Shown here in pieces: positions 47,161 through 57,439 of a stretch of 64,000 nucleotides of DNA (position 1 is the stretch's first letter; each line of letters starts with the position of its first letter). The position numbers were made by a program, and so were the translations under genes. Location: IMG/VR virus record IMGVR_UViG_3300025870_000008, positions 1-64,000 of that record; one strand, given 5' to 3'. Origin of the DNA: a virus. A model generated the notes under the pieces. It did no database searches and was not told the DNA's origin. It saw only the letters and a list, made by a program, of their open reading frames with translations.

Positions 47161-48021
47161 ATGAAAATAAATGAAAAAAATATACTCTACTCGTTCTCTT
47201 TAAACTTAAATAAAGAAGTTGAAGAAGAAGTAGAAAAGAAAACTAAACGAAAAAATAAAGAAACTGGAAAAATGGAAGTGGTAACTTCTATCGAGAAGGT
47301 TAAAGTGGATAAGGAAATTCCTTATAGAATGGTAATCAAGAAGCCAAATAGAACGGAACTTGAAGAAGGGGATATGTTTTATAGTTTGGAGCTGAATAAG
47401 TTTATTAAAATGGGATTGCTTACGAAAGCGATGCTAGCTAAACAATACGGAAATCAAGGAGGAATATGGTCTGAAAAGGAGCAAAAGATATATGCTGAAT
47501 TATTATACAAAATGCATCAAAAGCAGTTAGAAGTTCAACAGTTTTCCATACTTGGAGAAAATAATAGTTTATCTAATAGACAAAAAGAAAAATTAAACGA
47601 GTCAATAAGAGATTTATCTTTCTTGAAAAGAGAGTTAACTGAATACGAAATGCTTCAAAACTCTTTGTTTGATCATACTGCGGATGTAAAAGCCAGAAAC
47701 CGAGCTATAATGTGGTATGTTTTAAATTTAAGTTACTTCCAAGAAGGCGAAGGCAAGGATAGGCCTTTTGAAAAAATGTTTGATGGGGATAATTTTGAAT
47801 CAAAATATGAATCCTATCAAGACAAGGAAGACTCAGAAAACGAATTGTACCAAAAGAGTATTGATAAAATTTCATCTATAGTTACAATATGGTATGTTAG
47901 TGGAAACCAAGATGCTGAAAGTATAGAGGCGATATTTGAAGAAATGAAAAACAACCTCAAGGAAGACGAATCTTCAGAGGAAAATTTAGAAGAGAATTTG
48001 GAAGAAGAAGCAAGTGGATAA
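47161..48021 (+). CDS. putative tail assembly chaperone
   Basis: helical protein between tail tube and TMP. Confidence 0.55.
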   Translation: MKINEKNILYSFSLNLNKEVEEEVEKKTKRKNKETGKMEVVTSIEKVKVDKEIPYRMVIKKPNRTELEEGDMFYSLELNKFIKMGLLTKAMLAKQYGNQGGIWSEKEQKIYAELLYKMHQKQLEVQQFSILGENNSLSNRQKEKLNESIRDLSFLKRELTEYEMLQNSLFDHTADVKARNRAIMWYVLNLSYFQEGEGKDRPFEKMFDGDNFESKYESYQDKEDSENELYQKSIDKISSIVTIWYVSGNQDAESIEAIFEEMKNNLKEDESSEENLEENLEEEASG

Positions 48022-49003
48022 TAGAGAAGCATCTTTGTTGTTTCAAGAAATATGCGAAGGCTTCTCTGTTTCAAAAATAAATTCGAAAAAAATTTATGTA
48101 AAACATTTAACATTAAAAGAATTTAATATTGTTAACAGTATTTATGAAGATTATTATTCTAATGCTATAAAAAAAAACATTCCTAATAGTAAAGATTTGT
48201 TTGAAAGCTTAAAGGAAACAGGTCAATGGACAGAAAAAGACGAAGAGAATTTATCTAACCAAGAGTTGGAGATAAAAAATCTAAAGCAGACTTTAAAAAA
48301 AGTATTCAGAGGGTTTGAAAAAGAGTCTATATCAAAAAGATTAAAAGAACTTGAACCTGAATTTAAAGAATCTTTAAAGTTAAAGAAATCTTTTTTACGC
48401 GTTACGGCTGAACACTACGCTGAAAAAAAAAGCAACGAAGAGGTGTTAAGACTGTGCACATTTAAAGATGCAAAATTAGAAGAAAAATTATGGACAGAAG
48501 AAGAGTTTCAAGATTTAGATTATTTTGAATTAAATAGTTTTTTTAATTTGTACTCGCAAGCTATAGAAAAGTTTTCGGACAAAAATATAATGCAAACTTC
48601 TCTTTTTAGTTCTTTTAAAAATTTAACATCCATTTTTGATAAAGATTTGTCTAGTTTTTTTAATAAACCAGTATTGCAACTAAGTTTTTACCAAACTAAT
48701 TTACTGAATTACTCTAAAATGTTTCAGGCTATTTTTGAGAATAGAGAAATCCCTAAAGATATACAAGGAGATGCGGAAAAAATCATTAATTTCATAGAGG
48801 AAGCGGATGCCAAAAAAGATAAAGCCGAAAAGATAATTAAAAAATCTCAAGAATCAGATGGGTTTTCATTTGCAAAATTGTCAAACGAAGAGATGAAGGA
48901 ACTTGGTGTTGAAAAACCTAAAGGTAAAGATATTCACAAGTTAGCCCAAGAAAAAGGGGGGGAGTTAACCATGGAGGACTTCATGAAAATGCATAAAAAA
49001 TAG
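48014..49003 (+). CDS. putative second tail assembly chaperone
   Basis: directly upstream of TMP; GTG start. Confidence 0.5.
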   Translation: MDNREASLLFQEICEGFSVSKINSKKIYVKHLTLKEFNIVNSIYEDYYSNAIKKNIPNSKDLFESLKETGQWTEKDEENLSNQELEIKNLKQTLKKVFRGFEKESISKRLKELEPEFKESLKLKKSFLRVTAEHYAEKKSNEEVLRLCTFKDAKLEEKLWTEEEFQDLDYFELNSFFNLYSQAIEKFSDKNIMQTSLFSSFKNLTSIFDKDLSSFFNKPVLQLSFYQTNLLNYSKMFQAIFENREIPKDIQGDAEKIINFIEEADAKKDKAEKIIKKSQESDGFSFAKLSNEEMKELGVEKPKGKDIHKLAQEKGGELTMEDFMKMHKK

Positions 49004-49030
49004 TGTACTTAAAGTTAAGGTAAAAGGAAA

Positions 49031-52000
49031 ATGAGCGTCATACAAATACCAACCAGTTCGACTGGGTTTAAAGAAAGCATTGTTAGAGATGCTAGAGCGG
49101 CTCAAGCTGCTGTAAATAGGATGCAAATGACACCTCAGTTGAACCCTAAAGGAATGGTTCAACCATTAGGTAAAATAACAAATGCTGCAAGCGAGTTTCA
49201 GAAATCAATGGATGCATCTGCAGCTCGTGTTTTTGCTTTCGGAGCGGCTGTTGGAGTAATTAATGGAATATCTGATGCTTTCAAGGGTATGGTGTTGGCT
49301 ACCGCTCAAGTTGAAAAATCCCTAAAGGATATTCAAGTTGTAATGGAAGTTTCTGACCAAGCAATGAGAAAGTTTGGAGACGGATTGTTTGATGTAGCTA
49401 GAAACACAGCAACATCTTTAAAAGATGTTGCGGAGTCGGCCACAGAATTAGCTAGGCAAGGTTTAAGTGCTGAAGAAACTTTAGCAAGGGTAAACTCAGC
49501 GTTAGTGTTAAGTAGGTTGTCGGGATTAGACGCCGTAAAGTCAACAGAAACTTTAACAGCAGCAATAAACTCGTTTAACAAAGAGGGTATCACTCACGAG
49601 CAAATTGTTAATAGAATGGCAAATGTTGATGCTGCTTTTGCTGTGTCATCAGCTGATTTAGCTGAGGCAATATCTAGAGCAGGAGCCGTTGCTCAGTCAT
49701 CTGGGGTTTCATTTAATGAATTGTCAGCGGTAATAACCGCTGTTCAACAAAGAACAGCTAGAGGAGGATCCGTAATAGGAAATGGATTCAAGAGTATATT
49801 TACTAGGATTAAAAGGAGCGGTGTTAGAGAATCTTTAGAAGAAATTGGGGTAGCAACAAAAAATTTAGACGGGTCTTTTCGTAGTGGAATGGATGTAATA
49901 TTAGATTATGCAGATGTATACAAGACTTTGTCAGATAGTCAGAAAGCTTATACATCTGAGCAATTAGCGGGAGTTTACCAAATTCAAAATCTACAAGCAT
50001 TGTTGCAAGATTTAAACAGTGGGTTCTCTATATATAATAAAGCTCTTGGAGTTGCGAATAATACAACAAATGAGGCCGTGCAAAGAAACGAACAATTAAA
50101 TACAACTTTAGACGCTTTATTTAAACAAACGACTTTAAGCTCTCAAGAGCTAGCAGCCTCAATTGGGGACTTAGCCCTATCTGGAAACTTTAAAGAAATT
50201 CTAAAATTCCTAGACAGTTTAGCTCAAAAACTAAATTCTCTTTTTTCAGACGAAGGAGGGTCTGATATAGCTAAAAATCTCATCAGGGGCATTGGTAGCT
50301 TTTTAACTGGGCCAGGAATGGTTATTTTAGGAGCTGCTTTTATAAAAATATTCGGGCTAGTAACAAAGTTCGCAAAAGAAGCCTTTGCGGATATACTAGG
50401 GTTAAATTCGGAAACTAAAAGACAACAATCTTTACAAGCCGCAATTGGGCAAATATTAAGTTCAAACGCTGGGATCTATCAAAAAATACTTGCGGCGGGA
50501 AGTAATACAGCGAAACAAGAGCAGATAATTTTAAACATTATAAAACAAGAAACAGCGGAACGTTTAAAACAAGAAGCTTTAATTAAGAGAATTTCGGCTG
50601 GATCAAGGCTAGCGGGGATTGGAGCTTCTGATGCTGGTTTTGTGCCTATGGGAAAAAGACCCTCTAGGAATCAAGGGAAGCGAGCACTAGGAATGGCTAG
50701 CGGTTTCTTGCCAGCTTTCGCTAGAGAATCCAGAGATATATACAAGGGAGTAGGGGGAGCTAGGAAAACCGACTCGCCAGTTTCAACAAAAATAAAAACG
50801 ACCCCTGGGAAGACCGAAGATGTTGTGGTAAATACTGGAGAATGGATAGTTAGAAACTATGAAGGGTCGGGGGCTGATGCTGTTTTTAATCGAAATATGG
50901 CAAAAGCATATGGGTTGCCAAATGGCTCTCAAAAAGTAAATGCAGCCTCTGGAATAATACCAAACTTTTCAAAAGGGGGATTTGGGTCTGGTAAAACAAT
51001 TAGCTATACCGCCAGACAACTTGGGGGGAGTGGCAATATGGGTGCAATATCAAAAATAAGTAAATACGCAGACTTAAGCGATAAGTTTACTGGAAAAGTA
51101 AAAATAGAAAGAATGCCGCAAAATAATTCGTATTTTGAAAAAAAGGCGGCCTTACTAAAAGATAAATTAATTCAGAGAGACTCAGGTCAAAAAGATGGAA
51201 GAGTAAAATATGCGGTCAATCAAGATTATAAAAAATTTTTAGAGCGAAGGTATAAAGGTTTGATAGACAACGGGGTTTACCGAGGAATTTTTACAAGTGC
51301 GGAAAATATAGCTAAACAGCCAGCGTATTCTGGTAAGCAGCCAGCGAAAACGAGGAACCTGTTTGCAAGTTTAGTGGCTAAATCAAAAGGGCTAGTCGGA
51401 GAAAGTAAGGGTAGGTTCTATTTAGCTGGTAAACCTGGTAGTCAGAAAGCGTCATACATAAAAGGAAACGATCCTTTTGATATAACTGTTGAGTCTATGA
51501 CATCAAAGGGTCAAAGAAGATTTAAAAAATACGAGCAAAAAACTAAAAACGAACAAAATATTACCGCAGTCCTTAAAAAGGGAGCTTCGTCGTTTTTAGA
51601 TAATTTAATAAATCGTCAACAAAAGTCTGGACGTCAAGCGATTGGGATAAAAGATGGTAATTTTCAGAATATTAACTTAACCCAAGGTTCGGCAGCTATG
51701 TTTAGAGGTGGGCTAAACATGCTAGTACCAAAAGATACAAAAATTAAGAATTCTCCATTAAAAAAAGACAAAGGATACACCATTCAAAAAAATCAAGACC
51801 CTGGGCAAGGGCAATTTGGTTTCTTGAATGCTTCGAGTGGTTATGTTCCTAATTTTGTTGACCGCAGAAATAAATATCAAAAAATAAAAGATGTTTTAGC
51901 TGACCCAGCTAATAAAAATATTAAATTTAATTCGCCAACTTTTAAAAAATTAAGCATTGAAACGGTTAAAAAAGGCATGGGTGGAGAATTTCAGAAGATG

Positions 52001-55000
52001 TGGTTGGAAAACTATTTCAAAAAAGGTCTATCGGGGGATTATAAAATGCTAATGAGAATGGGTTATGATCAAGACCAGCTTTTAAAACTAAGGAAGCATT
52101 ACACAAGAGGTGGAAAAATAAATATAAAAACTTTGTCCAAAGGTTTTATTCCAAACTTTGGTAAGACATTGGCAACAAGTCGTGGTGCTATAACCGCCCA
52201 GCAAATAAATAGATTAAAAGAGGGAAAGCTTATTAATAATAAAAAAACTGGAGAAAAACTTTATTTAAATCAATTTACTCCAGATGAGCAAACCGCAATT
52301 AAAACGTTTAAAGCTGCTAATAGTAAAGAAGCAATAGCTCAAAAAGAACAACGAGCAAAAAAGGCAAAAAATCAATTGAAAACGATTGACGCTTCAAGGC
52401 AAGCAACAATGCTTGTTGCTACAAAAAATTTCAGACAAAAAGTAGATACAACAACTCAGTCTGGAGAAAATAAAGTCCGACTAAAATATAGAGTAGAAGG
52501 AATCAAGGGTCAGAAAATAGGCGATCAAGAAACTGCATTAAGGAATAAAGCTGAAAAGTTTATGTTGAACCAAGCTCATTTAACCGCAATGAAAATGGCT
52601 GGAACTGGACAATTTGCGGCAAACACACCTATGCCTACTAAGGTTGCGAATGCTGGCAGTATAGGCTCTGCAGCTGGATCAATTTTTGAAACAGCTGTGC
52701 AATCAATTGGTAAGAACTCACTGTTTACTAAAAATAATGCAACATTTGACATTCAGGGATTTCCAGATAATTCATTAAAGAATTTATTTGGATATTATAG
52801 TCCTTTTGCGGACGCAAAAATCGGACTAACCCCAGGAACTAAAGCTGATTTTAATAAAAAACTGCTAAGTTTACCAGAGATTAAACAGAAAATCACAGGA
52901 AAACAAAGGAGAGAGCAGGGAGGAGTGGCTTTAAAATCTAGGAAGAATTTATCGAAAGGGTACATACCTAACTTTTCAAAATTTGCAGACTTCAGAGGTA
53001 CGAGCGGACTAGTGGGAGGTACGGCTTTAGCTGGTTTGTTTGCCGCAAACACCTATGAAGGAATGGGGGACGACCCTGGAACAGCAGCGTTAATGTCCTC
53101 GCTTATGTTTGGGGCGGGATCTTTTGGAGGTATTAAATCTGGAGATAAATTAAAAAGCATGTACGAAAATGATTATAAAAGATACAGCTCAACAATAGGC
53201 AATGTAACATATGATTTTTATAAAAAAGATCATTTAGAATACAATAAATTATCAAAAGATGTTAATCAGAGAATTAGAGCGGCAAACGAAAACTTGATAT
53301 CTGTTTTATCTGGAAGAACAGAAGGGGGAAATCTAGATGTATCAAATATAGAAAAAGAAATACAAGAGCTTAAAAAAGAAAAACAGGCTATAGATAAGAA
53401 ATATATTAAAAAAAGCGCTGGAGTTAAATCCGCTAGATTTAACCCAAGAATGATGTCGTTAATGAAAAAAAATGGAAGTAGGGGAAGACGTGGAAATATG
53501 TCTAAGGGTTATTTGCCAAACTATTCAAGTAAACCTTGGATGAGCAGCAAGCAGTTTGCGAGATTCAGCGGAAGTGTCGGTGGTTTTAACAAGCATGTAG
53601 TTCAATCAAAAGTGGGGTCTATAACAAGCTCACCATTGAGATCTCCTGGTAGAGATAAATTGTTTTCATTTTCTAGAAGAAGACAAAAAGAATCACTAGG
53701 AAATATAAAACAATATATAAACTCAGATTTTTTTAGATCTTTAGACCCAGATATACAATCAAGAGTTGTGAAGTTTTACAACAAAAGAATGTCTAGTTTT
53801 AAGACAAATCAGCAGCCTGAATACTTAAAGGACAATGCTAGATCTAATGCTAGAACAATGAACTTTGGAAGGGGGTATGTACCAAATTATGCAAACCCTT
53901 TAATGGATGCTCTATCTAGGGAAAAAGGAGCTTTAAGCGCTAGAGGTATTTCTTCTAGTGCTATTAGGGTAGAGCAGAGCTCTAAACTAAAAAGCTCGAT
54001 GAATCCAGAAGGTTTGGCTGTCACAAATAAAATAGATGAACCCTTGGGTGTTGACCAAGGCATATCAAGAGCGAAGAGAATAGGGGTAGACCCTAAAACT
54101 CATGGGGTGACACCAAATTTCGCCGTTTTCCCCGCGCTTATCCCGCTTTTAAAGCCGTTGGTAAGCGGTTTAAGTACTGCAGTTATGCTTGGAGTTGGGC
54201 CGCTACTAAAAGCTCTTAAAGGTACAGGTAAATTTGTTAAAAACCAAGGATCAAAAACTATAGGGGGGATGGGCGAAATGGGTGCAATGGAAATGGGTTT
54301 AATGTTTGGGGGTCCGATGATGGCGGAAATGTTGAAGAATGGTAGGGGTGAAGGACAATTGCCTGGATCTACAGGTGTAGCAACAGATACTCTAGAATAT
54401 GCATCAATGGGAGCCTTACTGGGCAAACGAGGAATGATTGCGGGTGCTGCTGGTGGTGCATTAGCAGGACTATCAAGAATGTCAGAAAGAGATCTTCAAG
54501 TAGAAGCATTTGAAAAAATAATAAAACAAAAAGAAAAATTAGATAAATCATTGCAAAATTCTCAAGCTATTCAAAATTATGCAACTGGAGTAGTTGGGTT
54601 AAACGAAGCTTTGAAAAAAGGAGATTTCGAGGGAGTTGCCAAGGCTCAAAATATGATTTATGAGGCTATGAGTAATGCAAGTGATCCAGAATTAATAAAG
54701 AAGTTTGGGGATTTACAAAATTCGTCAAAAACTGCTGAAGAAAAATTACAAGCTCTAAGTAAAGAAATGGATAATCTAGGAAAAAGAGCGAACAACTTAA
54801 AGGGTCTAATCGGAATTACTGAAGATTTGCCAACACAAAAAAGTTCTGGAGATGATTTAAGCCTAGGGGATAGAGCTCAGGAAGTCGCAACTCAGGTTGG
54901 AGCTAGGCTTTGGTCCGCGACTAAAGATGTAGTTGATTTAGAATTTGGTGGTATATTTGATAGAGCAAATAAAGCGGGAAATGAGGTCGCGGCGAGTAAT

Positions 55001-57427
55001 ACCGATAGGGACGCTTTCGTCGGAGAGGGTGGGGAAGAGAAGCGCACAAGTATTACAAATAAATTATTAGATTCCTTAAAAAATAGAATTAAAACAGAAG
55101 AAGGAGAAAGAACCGCATCTAGATTGAGTGGAAAGAATACCACCAGTAAATTAACAAGCGATTTAGGCACTACAGAAAAGCTTAGAAATTTGCTACTCAA
55201 AAGAGTTGAAAATGAGTCGAAAGGAGTTAGCGACCCAGATTCCTTAAAGAGAGAAATAAGGAACATGCAAGATTCAGATTTTGAATTTGGTGCTATTGGG
55301 GATAAAATTAAAGATATCGCAGATTGGGATATAGATGTTACTGATAAAGTAAATTTATTAAACCAAGAAATTAAACATTTAAGTGACACGATAAAGGTTA
55401 CAAGCGGATTAATTGGAAAGTCTCAAAAAGAGATTAAAGATGGGATGAGCACGGACATGGCAGTTAAAGCAGCTTCAGAAGTTGTAAAAAACTTAAATAT
55501 AGCCGAAGAGACCAGAAAAGAGATTGAACATCTAACAAGTGGAAAAATTTCAGATCCGACAGCAGAATTTAAAAACCAAGAAGATGTAAGATCGATTCAA
55601 AGATCTAAGACTATAAAAGAGTTAGGTAAAGAAGACAAAAAAAGTGCGAACAATTTAATGAACGAACTAGCTAACTCAAAAACATTACGAGCGCTCTTCA
55701 AAAAACGAGGTGGAGAAGAATCTGATAGAGCTAATACGCTTGCTCAAACTTCACTTTCATCTGTAGGTCAACAATCAGAGCTTGAAAAAAAATCTAATAA
55801 TGCATACGAAAAAGTAAAGTCTCAATTTGAACAAATGAAGAGTTCTCAAAGGCTTTTCGATGAAATGCAAGCTAACTATAAACAAGGGTCTTCGTTAAGA
55901 GATTTTGAAAACGATACAAGAAATCAAGCGAAAGTAAGCGCGAACGATTTTATGACTTCAAGAGGTTATCTTTCTGAGCGTAAATATGTAGATAGATCAA
56001 GTAAAATTCAAAAAGATTCAGTACTTCAAAACCAATCGAACAAACTAAACGATCAGCTATTAAATTTGGCATCTTCATTTACAAATATGTCATCATTGTT
56101 TGACCCCTCAAACTCACAAAGAACAGAGTTAGGGCTAGGGAAGGAACCTGGTAGAAAAGGTCTTGGTAAATTTGAAGACGAAGAGCAAAAAAGACTCAAA
56201 GGTGAAAGCCAGGAAATAGCAGTAATTATGCGGCAATTTGCTCAAGATAATCAAGATGGGAATATAACTTTATCAGAAACCAAAGGGGTAATTGAAAAAT
56301 TAAAAATGATCGGAGAAAAAGGAAACTTGATAGCTCAAACATCCTATAATCTAGAAAAAGCAAATGGAAGAGAAACGATAGCTCAATTAAATAGAATTGC
56401 GTTGGAATCTTTAGTGGCTCAGGCTAGAGCAGCTAGCAGTAGATTAGAACGTCAAGGCGGCGAAATACTTGGACCACAAGCTCGAAAAGCGAACACTGAA
56501 TTCAGTATGAAAGGAACTAAGAATATGCCAGAGATGGAAGCGACTGCTAGGTCTATAACATGGGATGTAAGAAATAATCAACGTCCATCTATGAATAATG
56601 ATGTATTTGATAATAAAGACCCTGGTGCAGAAACTACAGGGTCGATGGGGGCAGAGGCTATTAATGCATTTAGAAAATTAGCGGCTACACTTGGCGTGAA
56701 CGAAACAATGTTCACAGGGATGAATGAAGATATGGCTAATTATATAATATCCTTAGAAAATGCAAATAATTGGTTTAGTGACTTGCAGAAATTTGACCCA
56801 GAGTCAGCTGAAAAATTAAGACCAATATTTGAAAAACTAAAACAAAATTTAGATGAAGATTTGAAAACCACACAAAATTTTGCTGCAAATTTAAAAGAAA
56901 TAGCTGATAAAACAGGTAATATAAACCCTGAAGACTTGAAAGACCCAATGGACAAATTAGGTCAAACGATATCAAATAAATTAGACGCTGGTATTAATAT
57001 AGTGAATATGGAGGCCAATATAACAACCCCTTTGACCTCAATAAAAGAAGCGATAATAACTCAAACAGAAGAGATTATTAAACTGCAAGAAGGAAAGAGT
57101 AAAGGTGATGAAGGTGGTGAAGGTGGTGAAGGTGGTGAAGGGGTAGATTTTAAAGCGCTAGCCGCATCAGTAACTACTTTTTCTGAATCCATAAATCAAT
57201 TATCGGATTTCCCAAAAACATTAGTGGACACATTAAGTGGGTTGGCAATCAAACACGAGGTGACTGGTGGTATAAAATTTGATTTTAATTCTGATGTGGT
57301 AAGAGGGCAGTTAACTCCAGTAATGATGGAAACATTAAAAAATCTACTTCAAGATGGAGTAATTTTAGATTACTTGGCAAACGCCTTAGCCCCAAGAATA
57401 CAATTAAGAACTCAAGTCGAACCTTAA
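49031..57427 (+). CDS. tail tape measure protein (TP901-type N-terminal domain) with internal modules
   Basis: 2798 aa; ELARQG, LAEAISRAG, GSVIGNGFKSIFTRI; position. Confidence 0.9.
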   Translation: MSVIQIPTSSTGFKESIVRDARAAQAAVNRMQMTPQLNPKGMVQPLGKITNAASEFQKSMDASAARVFAFGAAVGVINGISDAFKGMVLATAQVEKSLKDIQVVMEVSDQAMRKFGDGLFDVARNTATSLKDVAESATELARQGLSAEETLARVNSALVLSRLSGLDAVKSTETLTAAINSFNKEGITHEQIVNRMANVDAAFAVSSADLAEAISRAGAVAQSSGVSFNELSAVITAVQQRTARGGSVIGNGFKSIFTRIKRSGVRESLEEIGVATKNLDGSFRSGMDVILDYADVYKTLSDSQKAYTSEQLAGVYQIQNLQALLQDLNSGFSIYNKALGVANNTTNEAVQRNEQLNTTLDALFKQTTLSSQELAASIGDLALSGNFKEILKFLDSLAQKLNSLFSDEGGSDIAKNLIRGIGSFLTGPGMVILGAAFIKIFGLVTKFAKEAFADILGLNSETKRQQSLQAAIGQILSSNAGIYQKILAAGSNTAKQEQIILNIIKQETAERLKQEALIKRISAGSRLAGIGASDAGFVPMGKRPSRNQGKRALGMASGFLPAFARESRDIYKGVGGARKTDSPVSTKIKTTPGKTEDVVVNTGEWIVRNYEGSGADAVFNRNMAKAYGLPNGSQKVNAASGIIPNFSKGGFGSGKTISYTARQLGGSGNMGAISKISKYADLSDKFTGKVKIERMPQNNSYFEKKAALLKDKLIQRDSGQKDGRVKYAVNQDYKKFLERRYKGLIDNGVYRGIFTSAENIAKQPAYSGKQPAKTRNLFASLVAKSKGLVGESKGRFYLAGKPGSQKASYIKGNDPFDITVESMTSKGQRRFKKYEQKTKNEQNITAVLKKGASSFLDNLINRQQKSGRQAIGIKDGNFQNINLTQGSAAMFRGGLNMLVPKDTKIKNSPLKKDKGYTIQKNQDPGQGQFGFLNASSGYVPNFVDRRNKYQKIKDVLADPANKNIKFNSPTFKKLSIETVKKGMGGEFQKMWLENYFKKGLSGDYKMLMRMGYDQDQLLKLRKHYTRGGKINIKTLSKGFIPNFGKTLATSRGAITAQQINRLKEGKLINNKKTGEKLYLNQFTPDEQTAIKTFKAANSKEAIAQKEQRAKKAKNQLKTIDASRQATMLVATKNFRQKVDTTTQSGENKVRLKYRVEGIKGQKIGDQETALRNKAEKFMLNQAHLTAMKMAGTGQFAANTPMPTKVANAGSIGSAAGSIFETAVQSIGKNSLFTKNNATFDIQGFPDNSLKNLFGYYSPFADAKIGLTPGTKADFNKKLLSLPEIKQKITGKQRREQGGVALKSRKNLSKGYIPNFSKFADFRGTSGLVGGTALAGLFAANTYEGMGDDPGTAALMSSLMFGAGSFGGIKSGDKLKSMYENDYKRYSSTIGNVTYDFYKKDHLEYNKLSKDVNQRIRAANENLISVLSGRTEGGNLDVSNIEKEIQELKKEKQAIDKKYIKKSAGVKSARFNPRMMSLMKKNGSRGRRGNMSKGYLPNYSSKPWMSSKQFARFSGSVGGFNKHVVQSKVGSITSSPLRSPGRDKLFSFSRRRQKESLGNIKQYINSDFFRSLDPDIQSRVVKFYNKRMSSFKTNQQPEYLKDNARSNARTMNFGRGYVPNYANPLMDALSREKGALSARGISSSAIRVEQSSKLKSSMNPEGLAVTNKIDEPLGVDQGISRAKRIGVDPKTHGVTPNFAVFPALIPLLKPLVSGLSTAVMLGVGPLLKALKGTGKFVKNQGSKTIGGMGEMGAMEMGLMFGGPMMAEMLKNGRGEGQLPGSTGVATDTLEYASMGALLGKRGMIAGAAGGALAGLSRMSERDLQVEAFEKIIKQKEKLDKSLQNSQAIQNYATGVVGLNEALKKGDFEGVAKAQNMIYEAMSNASDPELIKKFGDLQNSSKTAEEKLQALSKEMDNLGKRANNLKGLIGITEDLPTQKSSGDDLSLGDRAQEVATQVGARLWSATKDVVDLEFGGIFDRANKAGNEVAASNTDRDAFVGEGGEEKRTSITNKLLDSLKNRIKTEEGERTASRLSGKNTTSKLTSDLGTTEKLRNLLLKRVENESKGVSDPDSLKREIRNMQDSDFEFGAIGDKIKDIADWDIDVTDKVNLLNQEIKHLSDTIKVTSGLIGKSQKEIKDGMSTDMAVKAASEVVKNLNIAEETRKEIEHLTSGKISDPTAEFKNQEDVRSIQRSKTIKELGKEDKKSANNLMNELANSKTLRALFKKRGGEESDRANTLAQTSLSSVGQQSELEKKSNNAYEKVKSQFEQMKSSQRLFDEMQANYKQGSSLRDFENDTRNQAKVSANDFMTSRGYLSERKYVDRSSKIQKDSVLQNQSNKLNDQLLNLASSFTNMSSLFDPSNSQRTELGLGKEPGRKGLGKFEDEEQKRLKGESQEIAVIMRQFAQDNQDGNITLSETKGVIEKLKMIGEKGNLIAQTSYNLEKANGRETIAQLNRIALESLVAQARAASSRLERQGGEILGPQARKANTEFSMKGTKNMPEMEATARSITWDVRNNQRPSMNNDVFDNKDPGAETTGSMGAEAINAFRKLAATLGVNETMFTGMNEDMANYIISLENANNWFSDLQKFDPESAEKLRPIFEKLKQNLDEDLKTTQNFAANLKEIADKTGNINPEDLKDPMDKLGQTISNKLDAGINIVNMEANITTPLTSIKEAIITQTEEIIKLQEGKSKGDEGGEGGEGGEGVDFKALAASVTTFSESINQLSDFPKTLVDTLSGLAIKHEVTGGIKFDFNSDVVRGQLTPVMMETLKNLLQDGVILDYLANALAPRIQLRTQVEP

Positions 57428-57439
57428 TAATAAATTCAT

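Noticed and set aside
47975-48021. -1 frameshift joining the two tail chaperones at A AAT TTA
   Set aside because: The heptamer is in phase, but the -1 frame stops after about 30 codons. The downstream ORF is in the +1 frame.
57103-57141. GGTGAAGGT tandem repeat in TMP
   Set aside because: It is a simple GEG linker with no further structure.
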